A DNA stretch of 64,000 nucleotides from Microvirga sp. (GCA_029266525.1 JAQSWQ010000006.1:9370-73369), one strand, 5' to 3'; counted from the stretch's first letter, positions 11,049-20,341 are shown. The notes: generated by a model not told the origin, from the letters alone. Translations and numbers: made by a program.

Positions 11049-12518
11049 TCAGGCCTTCGCGGCGTGCTCCTGGGTCACGTAGACGATTCGGACCATGTTG
11101 GTGGCGCCTGGGGTGCCGAAGGGCACGCCGGCGACCACGATGATGCGGTCGCCGGCAACCGCGAACTCCTCGCGCACCGCAAATTTCGCCGCCCGGAACG
11201 CCATGTCGTCGAGGTCGCTCGCGTCCTTGGTGACGATCGCGTGCACGCCCCAGGCGAGCGCGAGGCGGCGCGCGGTCTCGCGTTTGGGGGTCAGCACCAG
11301 CACGGTCGAGTTCGGGCGTTCGCGCGCGAGCCTGAGCGCGGAGGCTCCCGAGAAGGTCCACACCGTCACGGCCTTGAGATTGAGCGCGTCGGCGATTTGG
11401 TGCGAAGCGGCCGCGATCGCGTCGGACCCTGTCGCCTCCGGGGCGGCGCGTTGCGCCGTGATGATCGACCAGTAGATCGGATCGCGCTCGACCTCCTCGG
11501 CGATGCGGTTCATGGTCGAGACCGCCTCAAGCGGATACTTGCCCGAGGCGCTCTCGGCCGAGAGCATCACGGCGTCTGCGCCTTCGAATACGGCCGTTGC
11601 GACATCCGATACCTCCGCTCGCGTCGGCACCGGGCTTGCGATCATCGATTCGAGCATCTGCGTCGCGATGACCACCGGCTTGCCGAGCCGGCGGGCAGCC
11701 CGCGTGATGCGCTTCTGCAGCCCGGGCACCTTTTCCAGCGGCATCTCGACCCCGAGGTCGCCGCGCGCGACCATCACCGCGTCCGATGCCTCGAGGATGT
11801 CGTCGAGGCGGCTGATCGCCTGCGGCTTCTCGAGCTTCGTCATGATGAGCGCGCGCCCGCGCGCCATCTTGCGGCCCTCGGCCACGTCCTCCGGTCGCTG
11901 CACGAAGGACATGCCGATCCAGTCGACGCCGGCATCGAGCGCCGCCTCCAGATCAGAGCGGTCCTTCTCGGTCATGGCCGCGACCGGGATCTCGGTGTCG
12001 GGCAGGTTCACGCCCTTGCGGTTCGAGATCCTGCCGCCGACCGCGACCCGCGTGACCGCACGGCCCTGGCGCACCTCCTCGACCTCGAGCCGCAGCTTGC
12101 CGTCGTCCATGAGGACGCTGTGGCCCTCCTCGAGCGAGCCGAGGATCTCGGGATGGGGCAGATGCACCCGCTTCGCATCCCCCGGCGCCTCGTCCGAATC
12201 GAGGACGAAGCGGCTGCCCTGCTTCAGGGTCGCCGAATCGGCGCCGAAGGTGCCGACGCGCAGCTTCGGCCCCTGCAGGTCGGCGAGGATGGCGATCGGG
12301 CGCTTGTAACGGGCCTCGACCTCGCGGATCGCCGCGACTTTCTCGCGCAAGCGGTCGCGGTCGAGGTGGCTCATGTTGAGGCGGAAGGTGTCGGCGCCGG
12401 CCTCGAACAGTCGCGCCATCATGTCGGCTGAGTCGGAGGCGGGCCCGAGCGTGGCGATGATCTTGGTCCGTCGCGAACGCTTCACGGGGCGCCTCCTCGT
12501 CCGGGCGGCATCATCCAC
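11049..12518 (-). CDS. pyk: pyruvate kinase
   Basis: 489-aa ORF with RRTKIIATLGPAS, FRLNMSH, MVARGDLGVE and a full barrel plus C-terminal domain. The start could lie a few codons downstream. Confidence 0.9.
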   Translation of the reverse strand: MDDAARTRRRPVKRSRRTKIIATLGPASDSADMMARLFEAGADTFRLNMSHLDRDRLREKVAAIREVEARYKRPIAILADLQGPKLRVGTFGADSATLKQGSRFVLDSDEAPGDAKRVHLPHPEILGSLEEGHSVLMDDGKLRLEVEEVRQGRAVTRVAVGGRISNRKGVNLPDTEIPVAAMTEKDRSDLEAALDAGVDWIGMSFVQRPEDVAEGRKMARGRALIMTKLEKPQAISRLDDILEASDAVMVARGDLGVEMPLEKVPGLQKRITRAARRLGKPVVIATQMLESMIASPVPTRAEVSDVATAVFEGADAVMLSAESASGKYPLEAVSTMNRIAEEVERDPIYWSIITAQRAAPEATGSDAIAAASHQIADALNLKAVTVWTFSGASALRLARERPNSTVLVLTPKRETARRLALAWGVHAIVTKDASDLDDMAFRAAKFAVREEFAVAGDRIIVVAGVPFGTPGATNMVRIVYVTQEHAAKA

Positions 12519-12533
12519 AAAGCGACGCGAAGC

Positions 12534-12950
12534 TCAACGGGGCGGGGGCGCGCCCGGCCGGCCGGGATCGCTGAGCTGGATCGTCCAGCTCTTCTGCTCG
12601 CCGGTGTCGACCTCGAAGAAGCCGTTGCGGTCGAAGCCGCGGGCGAAGCAATCCTCGACCCCGCGGATCGTGAACTCGCGCTCGCGGGTGCACATGAAGG
12701 AGCGCCCGCTCCACTCGCCGCCGCGGTCGTAGTCGACGGCATAGACATAGTAGAAGCGGGCCGCGAGCTGGCCCTTGAGCAGCGTCTCGCAGCCGCGCGG
12801 ATTGAGGTTCCACCAGCCTTCGGTCACCCAGCCCTGCGGATCGCGGTAGCCGATCGCGATGCCGACCCGGCTGGTGGTGAGGTTGCACATGCGCAGATCG
12901 GCAAGGGCGGGGGTGGCGAGGGCCAGGCTCGTCAACACCCACGCCGTCAT
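12534..12950 (-). CDS. DUF1036-domain secreted protein
   Basis: I use the internal ATG at 12950 of the 12534..13151 ORF, giving 138 aa. It has the signal peptide MTAWVLTSLALATPALA and an RMCN..TSRVGIAIGY..GWVTEGWW..C motif pattern I recognise as DUF1036. Confidence 0.75.
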   Translation of the reverse strand: MTAWVLTSLALATPALADLRMCNLTTSRVGIAIGYRDPQGWVTEGWWNLNPRGCETLLKGQLAARFYYVYAVDYDRGGEWSGRSFMCTREREFTIRGVEDCFARGFDRNGFFEVDTGEQKSWTIQLSDPGRPGAPPPR

Positions 12951-13039
12951 CCCGGCCGAAGCGAAGCGAAGAGCCGGGATCCACGTCCGGGTGCGGCGCC
13001 GCGGGTCCCGGATAGCCGCTTTGCGGCTTTCGGGATGAC
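12946..13039. repeat. double-hairpin palindromic element (type A)
   Basis: The left arm gtcatcccggccgaagcgaagcgaagagccgggatcca is identical over 37 nt to the arm at 17896. The right arm is gggtcccggatagccgctttgcggctttcgggatgac. Confidence 0.75.
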
Positions 13040-13053
13040 ACTGAGACGGGGGC

Positions 13054-14346
13054 TCAGCCGACGAGGATGATGCGGCAGTCATTGACGTTGGTTCGGGTCG
13101 GCCCGCAGGTGACAAGGTCGGAGAGACGCTCGAAGAAATTTGTCGAATCATTGTCGGTCATGAGCGCCGCGGCATCGAGCCCGAGGGCGCGCGCGCGCGC
13201 AAGCGTGGTCTCGTCGATTATCGCCCCAGCGGGATCATCGGCCGACCCCGCACCCCCGTCGGTGCCGTCGGTGTCGGCCGCGAGCGCGGCGATGCCGGGC
13301 GCGCCGTCGAGCGCGAGGGCGAGCGCGAGCGCGTATTCCTGGTTCGGGCCGCCGCGCCCGGAGCCGCGGATCGTCACCGTGAGCTCTCCGCCGGAGACGA
13401 TGGCGGCCCGCCGCCCAGCGGCTGCCGCCTCCCGCGCGAGGCGCCCATGCTCGGCCGCGACCTCGCGGGCTTCGCCCTCGAGATCGGCGCCGAGCACCAA
13501 GGGATCGTAGCCGGCCGCGCGCGACGCCATTGCGGCCGCCGCGATCGCGTCGGCCGGGCGCGCCACGATGCGGAACTCGGTGTTGGCGAAGGCCGGATCG
13601 CCGGGCTTCGGCGATTCGTTCGCGGGATCCTTCAAGAGCGCCTCGGCCGAGGGCGGCAGCGGCACGCCGCGCCGCCGCACGATCTCCCGAGCATCAGCGA
13701 GGGTCGAAGGATCGGGCACCGTCGGCCCGGACGCGATCACGGCGGGGTCGTCACGCGGCACGTCGGAGATCGCGAGCGTCAACACGCGCGCCGGCGCCGA
13801 GACGCGCGCGAGCCGCCCGCCCTTGATGCGCGAGAGGTGCTTCCTCAGGGTATTGATCTCGCCGATGTTCGCGCCCGAGCGCAGGAGCGCACGGGTGATG
13901 CCCTGCTTCTCGGCGAGCGTCAGCATCCCTGCAGGGGCGATCCAGTTCGCCGACCCGCCGCCGGACAGAAGCACCAGGACGAGATCGTCCGCCGTCGCGC
14001 CCTCGGCGAGTGCGAGCGCCCGCAGCGTCGCCTCGACGCCCTCCCGGTCCGGCACAGGATGCCCGGCTTCGATCACCGGGACGGCGCCTGCAGGCTCGCC
14101 GTAGCCGTGACGCGTGACCGCAAGGCCGGCGAGCCGCCCGGGGCTGATCCCGCGCTCGCGGTAGAAGCGCTCCGCGACCGCAGCCATGCTGGCGCCGGCC
14201 TTGCCTGCGGCGAGCAGGATGAGCCTGCCTTTGCCGGGCGGCTCCGGCAGATGTCCGGCGAGGCAGCCGCTCGGATGCGCGGCTGCCACGGCCGCCTCGA
14301 AAGCCCGGCGCAGAACCTCGCGCCGGCGGGCGATCTCCGGAGTCAT
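13054..14346 (-). CDS. glycerate 2-kinase / hydroxypyruvate reductase family (DUF4147 + MOFRL, TtuD-like)
   Basis: I use the internal ATG at 14346, giving 430 aa (MTPEIARRREVLRRAFEAAV...). LLAAGKAGASMA and the C-terminal MOFRL-like region fit the family. The start overlaps the stop of the upstream DMT gene in an ATGA. Confidence 0.8.
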   Translation of the reverse strand: MTPEIARRREVLRRAFEAAVAAAHPSGCLAGHLPEPPGKGRLILLAAGKAGASMAAVAERFYRERGISPGRLAGLAVTRHGYGEPAGAVPVIEAGHPVPDREGVEATLRALALAEGATADDLVLVLLSGGGSANWIAPAGMLTLAEKQGITRALLRSGANIGEINTLRKHLSRIKGGRLARVSAPARVLTLAISDVPRDDPAVIASGPTVPDPSTLADAREIVRRRGVPLPPSAEALLKDPANESPKPGDPAFANTEFRIVARPADAIAAAAMASRAAGYDPLVLGADLEGEAREVAAEHGRLAREAAAAGRRAAIVSGGELTVTIRGSGRGGPNQEYALALALALDGAPGIAALAADTDGTDGGAGSADDPAGAIIDETTLARARALGLDAAALMTDNDSTNFFERLSDLVTCGPTRTNVNDCRIILVG

Positions 14347-15275
14347 GCGGCGGCCCCGTTGCGCGGGCGCGCGACGTAGATGCCGAGGAGGATCAGCGCT
14401 CCGCCGCAGGCCTGGATCACGGTGACGCGCTCGGCCAGGATGATCCATCCGAAACCGGCCGTCGCGACCGCCTCGAGGAAGATCACGAGCGAGGAAAAGG
14501 TCGCGGGCAGGCGGCCGAGCGCCACCGACAACAGCCCCTGTCCCGCGGCGTGGCTGATCCACGCGAGCCCGGCGAGCCAAAGCCATCCCTTGGCGGTCGC
14601 GGGAACGGGATTGCCGTCGAGCACGAGCGCGACCGGCAGCAGCACGAGCGCCGTCACGACGCCGGCCTCGAAGGTGACGCGCGCCGCGCCGGCGCCCGCC
14701 CGGGCGCGTGCCACGAACAGGAAATACAGCCCGAAGAAGAAGGCCGTCGCGACGCCCTGAAGGTCGCCGCGTACATGGGCAGGGTCAAGCTGAAGGCTCG
14801 CACCGACGAGCGCCGCGCCGCCGAGGAGGCATAGCCCGAGCCCGGCCCAGGTCGCCGCCGCCACGTGCCGGCGCAGCACGAGCCAGGTGATCAGCACCAC
14901 GAAGACCGGCGCGGTCGTCGCGAAGAAGGTCGCGTTGGCGACCGTGGTGTTCATGATGGCGAGGTGCCAGAAGAACAGGTCGCCGGCGAAGGCGAGGCCC
15001 GCGTGCAGCGAGGCGCGGCCGAAGATGCGGTGCGCCCGGCGCTCGCTCGCCTCTTCGATCCGCATCCAGGCGTAGAGCACGGGGAGCGACAGCGCGACGC
15101 GCCAGAAGGCGCTCGCGAAGGGCCCGATGCCCTCCGCCGCCGCGAGTCGCACGAAGATCGCCGAGAAGCCGAGCGCGACCGCGCCGGCAAGGAGCGCCGC
15201 GAGCGCGGGCCCGAAGCCCGAATCGAGCCGGGCGTTGGTGTCGGTCGATGCCATGGGGAAGCCGCGCGGGCTCAC
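14343..15275 (-). CDS. DMT-superfamily (EamA-type) transporter
   Basis: 310-aa ORF with about ten hydrophobic helices in two EamA-like halves. An alternative start is Met8 at 15254. Confidence 0.8.
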   Translation of the reverse strand: MSPRGFPMASTDTNARLDSGFGPALAALLAGAVALGFSAIFVRLAAAEGIGPFASAFWRVALSLPVLYAWMRIEEASERRAHRIFGRASLHAGLAFAGDLFFWHLAIMNTTVANATFFATTAPVFVVLITWLVLRRHVAAATWAGLGLCLLGGAALVGASLQLDPAHVRGDLQGVATAFFFGLYFLFVARARAGAGAARVTFEAGVVTALVLLPVALVLDGNPVPATAKGWLWLAGLAWISHAAGQGLLSVALGRLPATFSSLVIFLEAVATAGFGWIILAERVTVIQACGGALILLGIYVARPRNGAAA

Positions 15276-15365
15276 GGGAAGAAGGGGCCGAAGGTCGCGT
15301 TGCCGGCACCTCTATGGCAGTTTATGGGCCCCGTCACCTCAACAGCTTCCAGCGAGCGAACGCCC

Positions 15366-15671
15366 ATGCGAGAGATCGACCCCGCGACCCGCGCCGAGCT
15401 CGAAGCCGCAGCCTTCCGCCGGCTCCTCGAGCATCTCAATGCCCGCGCCGAGGTGCAGAACATCGACCTGATGAATCTCGCCGGCTTCTGCCGCAACTGC
15501 CTCTCGAACTGGCTGAAGGATGCGGCCGATGCGCGAGGCGTGCCGCTGTCGAAGGATGAGAGTCGCGAGATGGTCTACGGCATGCCTTACGAGGAATGGA
15601 AGGCGCGCCACCAGGCCGCGGCGAGCCCCGAGAAGCTCGCTGCCTTCGAGAAGAACAAGCCCGGCCATTGA
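15366..15671 (+). CDS. DUF1244 family protein
   Basis: ATG at 15366, in frame with the 14865..15671 ORF, giving 101 aa. [13 protein letters not shown]....[19 protein letters not shown]...YGMPYEEWK is the signature I recall for DUF1244. Confidence 0.75.
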   Translation: MREIDPATRAELEAAAFRRLLEHLNARAEVQNIDLMNLAGFCRNCLSNWLKDAADARGVPLSKDESREMVYGMPYEEWKARHQAAASPEKLAAFEKNKPGH

Positions 15672-15784
15672 CTGTCCCCGCGATCCACACCGCAGGCGCT
15701 GAACAGCGCCGCCGGCCGCGCTTGACGGGCAGCGCCCGCGCGGGCACCCCGGTGGCAAGAACGAATCTGCAGACGGGGGCGCTC

Positions 15785-16048
15785 ATGCTCGACAAGAATC
15801 CGATGGTTGCGACCGAGTCGGTCGCGGCCGACCAGCTCAAGGCCTTCATCGAGCGCATCGAGCGGCTCGAGGAGGAGAAAGCTTCGCTCGCCGGCGACAT
15901 CCGCGAGGTCTACGGCGAGGCCAAGGGCAACGGCTTCGACACCAAGGTCATCCGCAAGATCGTCGCCATGCGCAAGAAGGACTTCGCCGAGTGGCGCGAG
16001 GAGGAGGCGATCCTCGACCTCTATATGCAGGCGCTGGGGATGACGTGA
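15785..16048 (+). CDS. gapR: GapR / DUF2312 (UPF0335) nucleoid-associated protein
   Basis: ATG at 15785, in frame with the 15596..16048 ORF, giving 87 aa. [57 protein letters not shown] closely parallels Caulobacter GapR as I remember it. Confidence 0.8.
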   Translation: MLDKNPMVATESVAADQLKAFIERIERLEEEKASLAGDIREVYGEAKGNGFDTKVIRKIVAMRKKDFAEWREEEAILDLYMQALGMT

Positions 16049-16148
16049 CGGGCGGCAGCGGCTGCGCATGATTTCGCCAGGCGCGGCGCCGGTTCGATGT
16101 TGCCGGAGGCCCGATGCAGAGCCATGCTCGCGACCAGGAGTGGCGAGC

Positions 16149-17220
16149 ATGGCGGAAGGCCGCGATAAGCTGAAGGTCGCGATCGCCTGCCAGGGGGGGC
16201 GGCAGCCACACCGCCTTCGCGGCCGGCGTGCTCTCGGTGCTGCTCGCGAAGGAGAACGGCGAGCGTTTCGATCTCGTCGCGCTGAGCGGCACCTCGGGCG
16301 GGGCCATGTGCGCGACGCTCGCCTGGTCGGCGCTGATCTCCGGCGATGGCGACAGGGGCGTTGAGGCGGCGAACCGGCTGCAGGCCTTCTGGGACGATCT
16401 CAAGGCCGACGAGCCCTTCGACGCCGCGCTGAACTCATGGGGCCTTTTCACGGCGCGCTTGCCGGTCGTCGCGGAGATCAGCCCCTATGCCTATGCGCCC
16501 TTCGCGCAACGCGAATTGACGAGAGCGCTGCGCGATTATGCGAGGCTCGGCGACTTCCCGGCGGATGCGACCCGCTCGAACCCGTTTCTTTTTGTGGCCG
16601 CGACCGAGATCCTGGAGGGCGTGACGAAGCACAACAGCGTCTTTCGTGGCGAGACGATCACGATCGATCAGGTTGTCGCCTCGGCCGCGATCCCGCCCGT
16701 CTTCCGCGCCATCCCGATCGGCGAGAAGCGCTATTGGGACGGGCTGTTCAGCCACAACCCGCCGATCCGCGTCTTCACCGACATAGAGCCGAAGGAGCGC
16801 CGGCCGGACGAGATCTGGATTATCCGCATCAATCCCCGGAAGCGTAAGACGGAGCCGACCACCATGCCGGAGATCATCGATCGGCGAAACGAGCTCTCCG
16901 GCAACCTCGCCCTCGACCAGGAGCGCGCCTTCATCGAAAAGATCAACGAGCTGATCCCGGAAATGACCAAGCTCCGGAAGTACAAGAAAATCGAGTTGCG
17001 CGAGATCGCGCTCGACGAGGACGAGCTGGAGCGGGACGGCTTCCGAATGGATTACGTCTCGAAGCTCGATCGCAGCCCGCGCTTCATCGACGCGCTGATA
17101 GCGGCCGGGCGCGGGGCGGGCTGGGCTTTCCTCGCGGAACGGTTCGCCGGCGTTACGGCACCTGTCGAAGGCGATCGCGCGGGCGCCGCCGCAAGCGTCA
17201 CGCCGCCCTCTTCGCGCTGA
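16149..17220 (+). pseudogene. patatin-like phospholipase split by a +1 frameshift in a G7 run
   Basis: The frame from ATG 16149 reads MAEGRDKLKVAIACQGG and then drifts. The next frame, open from 16174, reads GGSHTAFAAGVLSVLL...LSGTSGGAM. Together these give the patatin oxyanion motif (GGGxH) and the GxSxG lipase motif. The join lies in ggggggg at 16193-16199. Confidence 0.7.
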
Positions 17221-17863
17221 TCAGCTCCCATGCGACAGCGAAACGGCGGGCGTTCTCGCGCACCGTCGCCGGCGTGGCGCTCGGGGTGAACAGCGCGGAC
17301 CCGAGGCCGAAGCCGTCGGCGCCCGCGGCGGCGTAGGCCGCCATGCTCTCGGGCGTGATGCCGCCGACCGGCAGGAGCAGCGTGTCCTTCGGCAGGACCG
17401 CGCGCCAGGCCTTCACCGCGGCCGGCGGCAGGATCTCGGCCGGGAAGATCTTGAGCGCCGTCGCGCCGGCCTTCAGCGCCGCGAAAGCCTCGGTCGGCGT
17501 GGCGACCCCCGGCGTGCAGGCGAGCCCGAGCGCGACCGCGCGCTCGATGACGGCCGCATCGCTGTGCGGCATCACGACCAAGCGTCCGCCGGCGTCGCGG
17601 ATGCGCAGCACGTCGTCCGGCTCGAGCACGGTGCCCGCCCCGACCAGCACCTCCGGCCCGAGTTTCTTTGCCATGATCTCGATGCTGCGGAAGGGCTCGG
17701 GCGAGTTCAGCGGCACCTCGATGATGCGGAACCCCGCCTCGACCAGCGCCCCGCCGACGGCTTGCGCGTTCTCGGGACGCAGGCCGCGCAGGATCGCAAC
17801 CAGCGGGAAGGCGGCAAGGTGGTTGCGGAAGGGGGGCATGGGGCGCTCCGTCATTGCGCGCAT
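17198..17863 (-). CDS. 2-dehydro-3-deoxy-6-phosphogalactonate / KDPG aldolase (DgoA/Eda family)
   Basis: 221-aa ORF with LVAILRGL..., IIEVPLNSPEPFRSI and LKIFPA...LPVGGI. Alternative starts are at 17854 and 17839. The 3' end overlaps the patatin ORF end by 23 nt (convergent). Confidence 0.85.
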   Translation of the reverse strand: MRAMTERPMPPFRNHLAAFPLVAILRGLRPENAQAVGGALVEAGFRIIEVPLNSPEPFRSIEIMAKKLGPEVLVGAGTVLEPDDVLRIRDAGGRLVVMPHSDAAVIERAVALGLACTPGVATPTEAFAALKAGATALKIFPAEILPPAAVKAWRAVLPKDTLLLPVGGITPESMAAYAAAGADGFGLGSALFTPSATPATVRENARRFAVAWELISAKRAA

Positions 17864-17895
17864 GTGACGCGCCGTTCCGCCGAACGCAACAGCCT

Positions 17896-17990
17896 GTCAT
17901 CCCGGCCGAAGCGAAGCGAAGAGCCGGGATCCATAACCATGCGCCGGCGCTGTGGATCCCGGATAGCCGCAGGGCGGCTTCCGGGATGAC
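17896..17990. repeat. double-hairpin palindromic element (type A)
   Basis: gtcatcccggccgaagcgaagcgaagagccgggatcc ... ggatcccggatagccgcagggcggcttccgggatgac. Confidence 0.75.
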
Positions 17991-18004
17991 CGCGTACTGG
18001 ACGC

Positions 18005-18033
18005 TTGACAAAGAATCCTACTAGGACTATACA
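18005..18033 (+). promoter_or_regulatory. candidate sigma70-type promoter (TTGACA-17 nt-TATACA)
   Basis: ttgaca lies at 18005-18010, followed by a 17-nt spacer and tataca at 18028-18033. The spacer contains the small palindrome tccta-c-tagga. This is the only A/T-rich patch in the 17991-18614 gap. Confidence 0.4.
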
Positions 18034-18614
18034 CCGCTTCATCCCGTCCGCGAGGGGCGCTTCCGGAGGCGTTCGAAAGTGGGGCGGCATCGCTTCGAGG
18101 TTCGGCCGCGGCGGCGCGCAAGCGCAACCGCGCAAGAGCCGAAGGAGCGTTGGCTCGGGGCTTCTCCGCAGGGAGCGGTCCCGGGTCGATGCGGCGCTCG
18201 AGCCCGCCTTCGCAGGGCGGTGTCTCGAGGTCCTCCGCCTCCCGGTCACTGGCGCGTCGAGGGCGCGCCACCCGGCCTTGGCGGGGCCTCGCCCGTCCCG
18301 GCAGCCATGCCGGGTCCGCGCGCAAGCGCTTAAGGCGCACGCCTCCGCAAGGAGAGTCGACGCCGAAGCGCGAGGCCAGGGATCATGGCGCCGCGCGGGA
18401 GGTCTGGTTCGGCTCGCTCCCGGCGGGCTCCCACCCTTCCCTACCCTTCCCGTGCGCACGTCCGCTAAGGACGCGAAGCATGGGCCAGGCCTCCCGCGCC
18501 CCTCGTCTTCGAGAGGCGTGCGCCGCGCAAGCCCCGGGCCGCAAGGTCGCGGGAGGGCGGGCGCGTGGCTCGAATCCATTTGATCCAAGAGGCTCCTTCG
18601 TGCACATCCGCCCC
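18034..18614 (+). other. long GC-rich hairpin-dense leader or possible structured RNA upstream of the IlvD/Edd dehydratase gene
   Basis: I find no convincing ORF in this stretch. It has many short perfect hairpins, several with GCAA loops. The motif gcgcgcaagcgc occurs at 18114 and 18318, and gccgcgcaagcc at 18522. Confidence 0.3.
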
Positions 18615-20315
18615 ATGAGCGAGACCAAAGGCAAGGGCCTCGAAGCGGGCCTCACCAACTACGGCGACCCGGCCTTCGCGGCCTATCTGCGTCGGTCCTT
18701 CGCCCGCTCGATGGGCTATTCGCGAGAGCTCCTGGCGAAGCCCGTGGTCGGCATCGCCCAGACCGCGAGCGGCTTCAACAACTGCCATCGCGGCGTGCCG
18801 GAACTGGTCGAGGCGGTGAAGCGGGGCGTGCTCGCGGCGGGCGCGCTGCCGCTCGACTTCCCGGTGATCTCGCTCGGCGAGGTGTTCCTCTCGCCGACCA
18901 GCATGTTCTACCGCAACCTCATGGCCATGGCGACGGAGGAGATGATCCGCGGCCAGCCCATGGACGCGGTGGTCCTGGTCGGCGGCTGCGACAAGACGCT
19001 GCCGGCGCTCGTGATGGGCGCGGCCTCCGCGGGCAAGCCGGCGATCGTGCTCGCCACCGGACCGATGATGACCTCGCGCTATCGCGGCGAGCGGCTCGGC
19101 GCCTGCACCGATTGCCGCCGCTTCTGGGCGAAATACCGCGCCGGCGGCATCGACTCCGACGAGATCGAGACGATCGAGGGCCGGCTCGCCACGACCGAAG
19201 GCACCTGCGCGGTCATGGGCACCGCCTCGACCATGGCGATCCTGATCGAGATGCTCGGGCTGATGCTGCCCGGCACCGCCGCGATTCCCGCCGTGCACGC
19301 CGATCGGCTGCGCGCCGCGGAAGCCACGGGCCGCGCCGCGGTCGAGCTCATCGGCTCCGGGCGCACGATCGACAAGATCGTCACGCAGGCGAGCATCGAC
19401 AACGCCGTGCGGGCGCTCCTGGCGGTGAGCGGCTCCACCAATGCGGTGGTGCATCTTGCCGCGATCGCGGGACGCCTCGGGCTGAAGGTCGATCTAGACC
19501 GCCTCAACGCGCTCTCGGACGAGACGCCGGTGCTGGTCGACCTGAAGCCGACGGGCGAAGGCTACATGGAGGATTTCTTCGCCGCCGGCGGCGTCGGCGG
19601 CCTTCTCCAGCGCATGGGCTCGCTGTTCGATCTGTCCGCGAAGACGGTGACCGGCGAGACGCTCGGCGACTGGGTGTCGCCGGATGCGGCCTTCATCGAT
19701 CCCGCCGTGATCCGCCGGGCCGACGACCCGGTCAGCGACAAGGGCGGGCTCGTCGCGCTCTACGGCTCGCTCGCGCCGAAGGGCGCGATCCTCAAGCGCG
19801 CCGCCGCCGACGAGCGCCTCTTCGAGAAGACGGCGCGGGCGGTGGTGTTCACCTCGCTCGAGGATCTCTCGGCGCGCATCGACGATCCCGACCTCGACGT
19901 CGGCCCCGACGATGCGCTCGTCTTGCAGAACGCCGGCCCGAAGGCTTGCGGCATGCCGGAGGCGGGCTACCTGCCGATCCCGAAGAAGCTCGCCGCGGCG
20001 GGCGTGAAGGACATGCTGCGCCTGTCCGATGCGCGCATGAGCGGCACCGCCTACGGCGCCATCGTGCTGCACATTGCGCCCGAGGCCGCCGACGGCGGCC
20101 CGCTCGGCCTCGTGCGCGACGGCGACCGCATCCGCATCAGCGTGAAGGAGCGCAGGCTCGACCTCCTGGTCGACCAGGCGGAGCTCGCAAGCCGGCGCGC
20201 CGCCATGCCCGCCGCCGCGCCGGCGCCGCCGCGCGGCTGGGCCCAGCTCTACCAGGCCCGAGTGCTCCAGGCCGACGAGGGCTGCGACCTCGATTTCCTG
20301 CGCGCCCGGGGGTGA
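18615..20315 (+). CDS. IlvD/Edd-family sugar-acid dehydratase
   Basis: ATG at 18615, in frame with the 18150..20315 ORF, giving 566 aa. It has VLVGGCDKTLPA (cluster-ligand motif), TCAVMGTASTM and MSGTAYG. Confidence 0.9.
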   Translation: MSETKGKGLEAGLTNYGDPAFAAYLRRSFARSMGYSRELLAKPVVGIAQTASGFNNCHRGVPELVEAVKRGVLAAGALPLDFPVISLGEVFLSPTSMFYRNLMAMATEEMIRGQPMDAVVLVGGCDKTLPALVMGAASAGKPAIVLATGPMMTSRYRGERLGACTDCRRFWAKYRAGGIDSDEIETIEGRLATTEGTCAVMGTASTMAILIEMLGLMLPGTAAIPAVHADRLRAAEATGRAAVELIGSGRTIDKIVTQASIDNAVRALLAVSGSTNAVVHLAAIAGRLGLKVDLDRLNALSDETPVLVDLKPTGEGYMEDFFAAGGVGGLLQRMGSLFDLSAKTVTGETLGDWVSPDAAFIDPAVIRRADDPVSDKGGLVALYGSLAPKGAILKRAAADERLFEKTARAVVFTSLEDLSARIDDPDLDVGPDDALVLQNAGPKACGMPEAGYLPIPKKLAAAGVKDMLRLSDARMSGTAYGAIVLHIAPEAADGGPLGLVRDGDRIRISVKERRLDLLVDQAELASRRAAMPAAAPAPPRGWAQLYQARVLQADEGCDLDFLRARG

Positions 20316-20341
20316 AGCCCTCTCCCGAGACCGGAGAGGAT

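Noticed and set aside
17198-17220. 23-nt convergent overlap between the ends of the patatin-like ORF and the aldolase gene.
   Set aside because: It is probably trivial, since tail-to-tail overlaps are common in compact GC-rich genomes. The patatin reading frame is already disrupted, so its true stop is uncertain.
18565-18579. T-loop-like sequence gtgg-ctcgaat-ccat, which suggested a tRNA or the acceptor piece of a two-piece alphaproteobacterial tmRNA.
   Set aside because: The stem is only 4 bp (one of them G-U). There is no acceptor stem, CCA context, D or anticodon arms, and no tag-peptide reading frame (no ANDN-type codons) anywhere in 18034-18614.
18034-18614. Tested by eye whether the structured region is RNase P RNA, SRP RNA, 6S RNA or a cobalamin/glycine riboswitch.
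   Set aside because: I could not find the conserved cores (GGAAAGUCCGG P4 strand of RNase P, the SRP GGAA/AGCA domain IV motif, the B12 box, glycine-riboswitch cores). The downstream gene does not fit those riboswitch classes either. I kept it only as an unclassified candidate.
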